64,000 nucleotides of DNA from the human T2T-CHM13v2.0 reference genome, Homo sapiens. The position numbers and the translations under genes are program-made. Below the pieces are notes generated by a model, which was not told the origin of the DNA, made no database searches, and worked only from the letters and a program-made list of their open reading frames with translations. Below are positions 61,001-64,000 of this stretch, in pieces; position 1 is the first letter of the stretch, and the number at the start of each line of letters is the position of its first letter. Location: NCBI RefSeq assembly GCF_009914755.1, contig NC_060944.1. The stretch is one strand, 5' to 3'.

Positions 61001-61925
61001 TTTTCATATTTCTTGTTCCCTTATGTTACTATCTGTGCATTTGAAGAAGTAGGGACTTATTCCAGGCTTTTCAGACTGACTTTGTCTGGGAGAGCCCTTC
61101 CCCAGTCAATCTGTCCAGAGATTCTGGGGAGACCATTGAGTGTGGTCTTTGGGCAGGTTTGAGTGCTTGGGCAGCCTAGCCTGGTGCCTGGGTCAGCAGG
61201 TGGGTGGACGTGTTACCTGGGTGGGGTTGGGCCTGGAATCTGTATTCACAGGAGCTAGCCTGAAGCCTGGGTCCATGGGGGCTGGCTTGCTCTTGGGGTG
61301 GCCCTTGAGCCTGAGTCTGAAAGGGCTGGCCAAGTACTGAGATGAGCCTGAAACGTGGGTCTACTGGAGCAGGCCTGTAGCCTTAGTCCAAGGGGCCGGG
61401 CCTGGGTCCTGGGTCCATGGTGTCTGACCTTGAGCATGGGTCTTCAGGGATGGTACTGGATCCTCAGTGCATGGGGAACTGGCCTGGTATTTGGGTCTAC
61501 TGGGATGGGCCTGGATCCTGGGTCTGTTAGGGCAATCCTGGACCCTTTGTCTTCTGGACTCTGAGAACACAGAGTCTGGTCTAGAGTCTGGGTTTGGCCT
61601 CATGTTGTGGCAGTTGTAGTTCCTGGGTCTGCAGGGGCTTGTCTGGATCCTGGCATTGCAGATGCTGGCCAGTTTCCTGGAGACGTGTGTGCTGGCTTAG
61701 AGCCCGGGTCTGTGGGGACCTGCCTGGAGCCTGAGTTTACTGGGGCTGACCTTGGGGGCTGGGTGTGTGGGTGCTGGCCTGGAGGCTAGGTTCACAAGGG
61801 TTGTCCTGGGTCCTGGCCATAGGGGCTAGCCTGGAGCCTGAGTCTCTGGGGGCCAGTCTAGTGCTGCGGTCTACTGAGATAGGCTGGACCCTGGGTCTAC
61901 TAGGGTTTGGGGCCATAGGGAACAT
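58025..61925 (-). mobile_element. L1M fragments (3'UTR, ORF2 end, ORF1 region, repetitive G-rich 5' region)
   Basis: ORF2-like LKRQLMKWEKLFANHASDRGLISKIYK; ORF1-like region ~60000-61000; degenerate gggtct.ctggg...gcctggagcct units at 61150-61925. Confidence 0.75.
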
Positions 61926-62469
61926 CATGGTACTGGCTCAGAGACAGCTAGGGACAGTACTTTTGCCTCAGAGATCACTGAAATTATTCAAACTGGCCAA
62001 TCTTGAGACACTTACCCTGCCTCACCTGCTCCTTCTTGCAGGAACCACAGAAAAGGTTTGCCCACATTTCTCCCTCACTCCCTCTATCTCTTGACTGAAA
62101 AAGGTGCTTTCTATGTGCCCCCCTGCCCTACCCTTCCCATGGCAAGGTGTGGCTCTCCTTTGAGATATGTGAGTATAACAAACTCTCTTTTAAAAGGCAG
62201 TAATCTCCTGATATGTTCGCTTTGTCATACCTAAATAATATTAAATACCTAAATAATATTAAAACCCAATTTTTTAAAAAGGAGCTTGGAAGGCAAAGGA
62301 CTAGAAAATCAGTAGCAAGGATGTCTGTGGTAGGGAAAGAGGACCAAAATGTGAGGAGACATTTACTGTGAAGACTTGTGTATTACATATTAACACCTGC
62401 TGGGAAGCATCTATGATAGATTAGACCCTGACAGCCAAGATGAAAAACTCAACAAGTTGACATTAACCA

Positions 62470-62660
62470 GCTTTCTTTTTTCTTTTTTTCTTTCTTTCTT
62501 TCTTTTTTTTTTTTTTTTGCGACAGGGTCTAGCTCTGTCGCCCAGGTTGGAATGCAGAGGTGCGGTCTCCCCTTACTGCAACCTCTGACTTCCAGGCTCA
62601 AGCCATCCTCCCACGTCAGCCTCCCAAGTAGCTGGGATAACTAGCCTTCATCACCATACC
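62470..62660 (-). mobile_element. Alu fragment (J-like right arm)
   Basis: Poly-T followed by partial Alu consensus. Confidence 0.8.
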
Positions 62661-64000
62661 TGGAGAAGTAACTGCAACACAAGGTAGAGGACAGTGGTGA
62701 GCATGGAAATGCACTGCTTAGATCTCCTGCTGCTTCAGGGTGTGCAACTGATGGATGCCCCCAGCTACTGTCCTCTGCATCTGCCACTATGTCTGTGCAG
62801 AAGTCATGGATGCTTCCATCAGGTTACTCCCAGCCAATGACTGAGTGAGGCCCGAACACTAAGGCAGGCTCATTCTGAGACCTGGGCCTCTTCTGATAGG
62901 TGACTTCAGTTCAAGCGTTGTCTTTCAGCCTGACTGGCACTTTACCAATGTTGTAATTCATTCTGAGACTCTTCCTCCTTCCTTCTCTCCTCCCTCAGAG
63001 CAGGCAGCCCTGCATCATGGTCTCATGCTCTCCTTGCCACTTTGGCTACCTCCCTTTGTCCCTCACAGGCATTTTCCCTGACACACACTCTTGATTACCT
63101 AATCCTGTCTAGGTATCTGCTTTTCAGAGTGAGTCCTAAACAAACCTACTCACCTATAGTTTTGGTTTGAATAGTTCAGGAAATGTTGAAAAAAGGGAGA
63201 AGAAGAGGAAGAAGATGGGAGAAAAGAACATGCTTTTTTTTTCCTTAATAGTTATTACTATCAAGTCAAGATGATTAAATTCCGTTAGAAACATTAAAAA
63301 GATTAAGGTTGCTTTTTAAATGAAAGGACAATATTCATCATATTCTTAAAAGTTTATTCTTTGTAACTATTATGCAATTATGATAAAAATGTTAGATGTC
63401 AACTTAAAGCATGCTAGGGAATAATTGGCTTTTCAAAATTTGTTTATAATAGTTACAAATAAAATTTTGGAAGACTTGTCCAGACTTCTACTACCTTTGT
63501 GGTCCTTAACTAAATGTGAAATATTAATCATATCCTTTTTTCAGATCCTAAGGGAAAAGCCATAAAGGATGGAGAGAGAGACAGGGAGAGAGAGAGGAGA
63601 TCCAGCAGTCTTACAGATTTTTCTGTGGTTTTAAATATACAATGCTTTATCTCTTTGTCTTCTTGTCATATTAACAAGCATTTAACTCTGAAATGACATC
63701 TTGGGCCTGGGAAGATCATGGACAAATTGGAGACCAGTTATCCAAATCAGAGCCTGTAGCACCAGCGTCTCCTCAGGCTTGGCTAAGGAGTTTCCACCTC
63801 GAGAGAGAAGAGAGAATCAGGGATGTAGGAAGGTGAAAAGGTTCAGGGAAGGTTCAGCCTGGCTGGTACTTTGTCAATGCCAGGTGACATGGCATTGCAG
63901 GAGACATGAATTTGTGTCCTGGGGCACTGTGGCAGAAATCCTGCTAAGTACTCTCCTTCACAGAAAACTGAGATATGCTGCCCCAGAATCAGGGACTGGG

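Overview
Human (primate) genomic DNA that I recognise as chr20q13.12. It contains the last coding exon and ~4.8 kb 3'UTR of STK4/MST1 (+), the complete KCNS1 (Kv9.1, 526 aa, -), and the first two WAP-cluster genes, WFDC5 (123 aa or 224 aa, -) and WFDC12 (111 aa, -). I reconstructed the exons by hand from GT/AG sites, and each CDS sums to a whole number of codons. The rest is mostly interspersed repeats: Alu, MIR, L1, MaLR/ERV LTRs, a decayed ERVL provirus carrying a younger solo LTR, Tigger1 and hAT MITEs. Repeat family names come from recalled consensus sequences, not a search. I see no foreign or wholly new gene system. The strongest theme is that transposable elements appear to supply core gene parts. 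The KCNS1 start-codon exon is a MER5A/MIR composite that seems to replace a lost ancestral ATG. The WFDC12 terminal coding exon looks MIR-derived, with an MLT1 LTR polyA signal. There are also several local rearrangement scars: a 146-bp tandem duplication, a templated Alu-fragment insertion and a probable microinversion.
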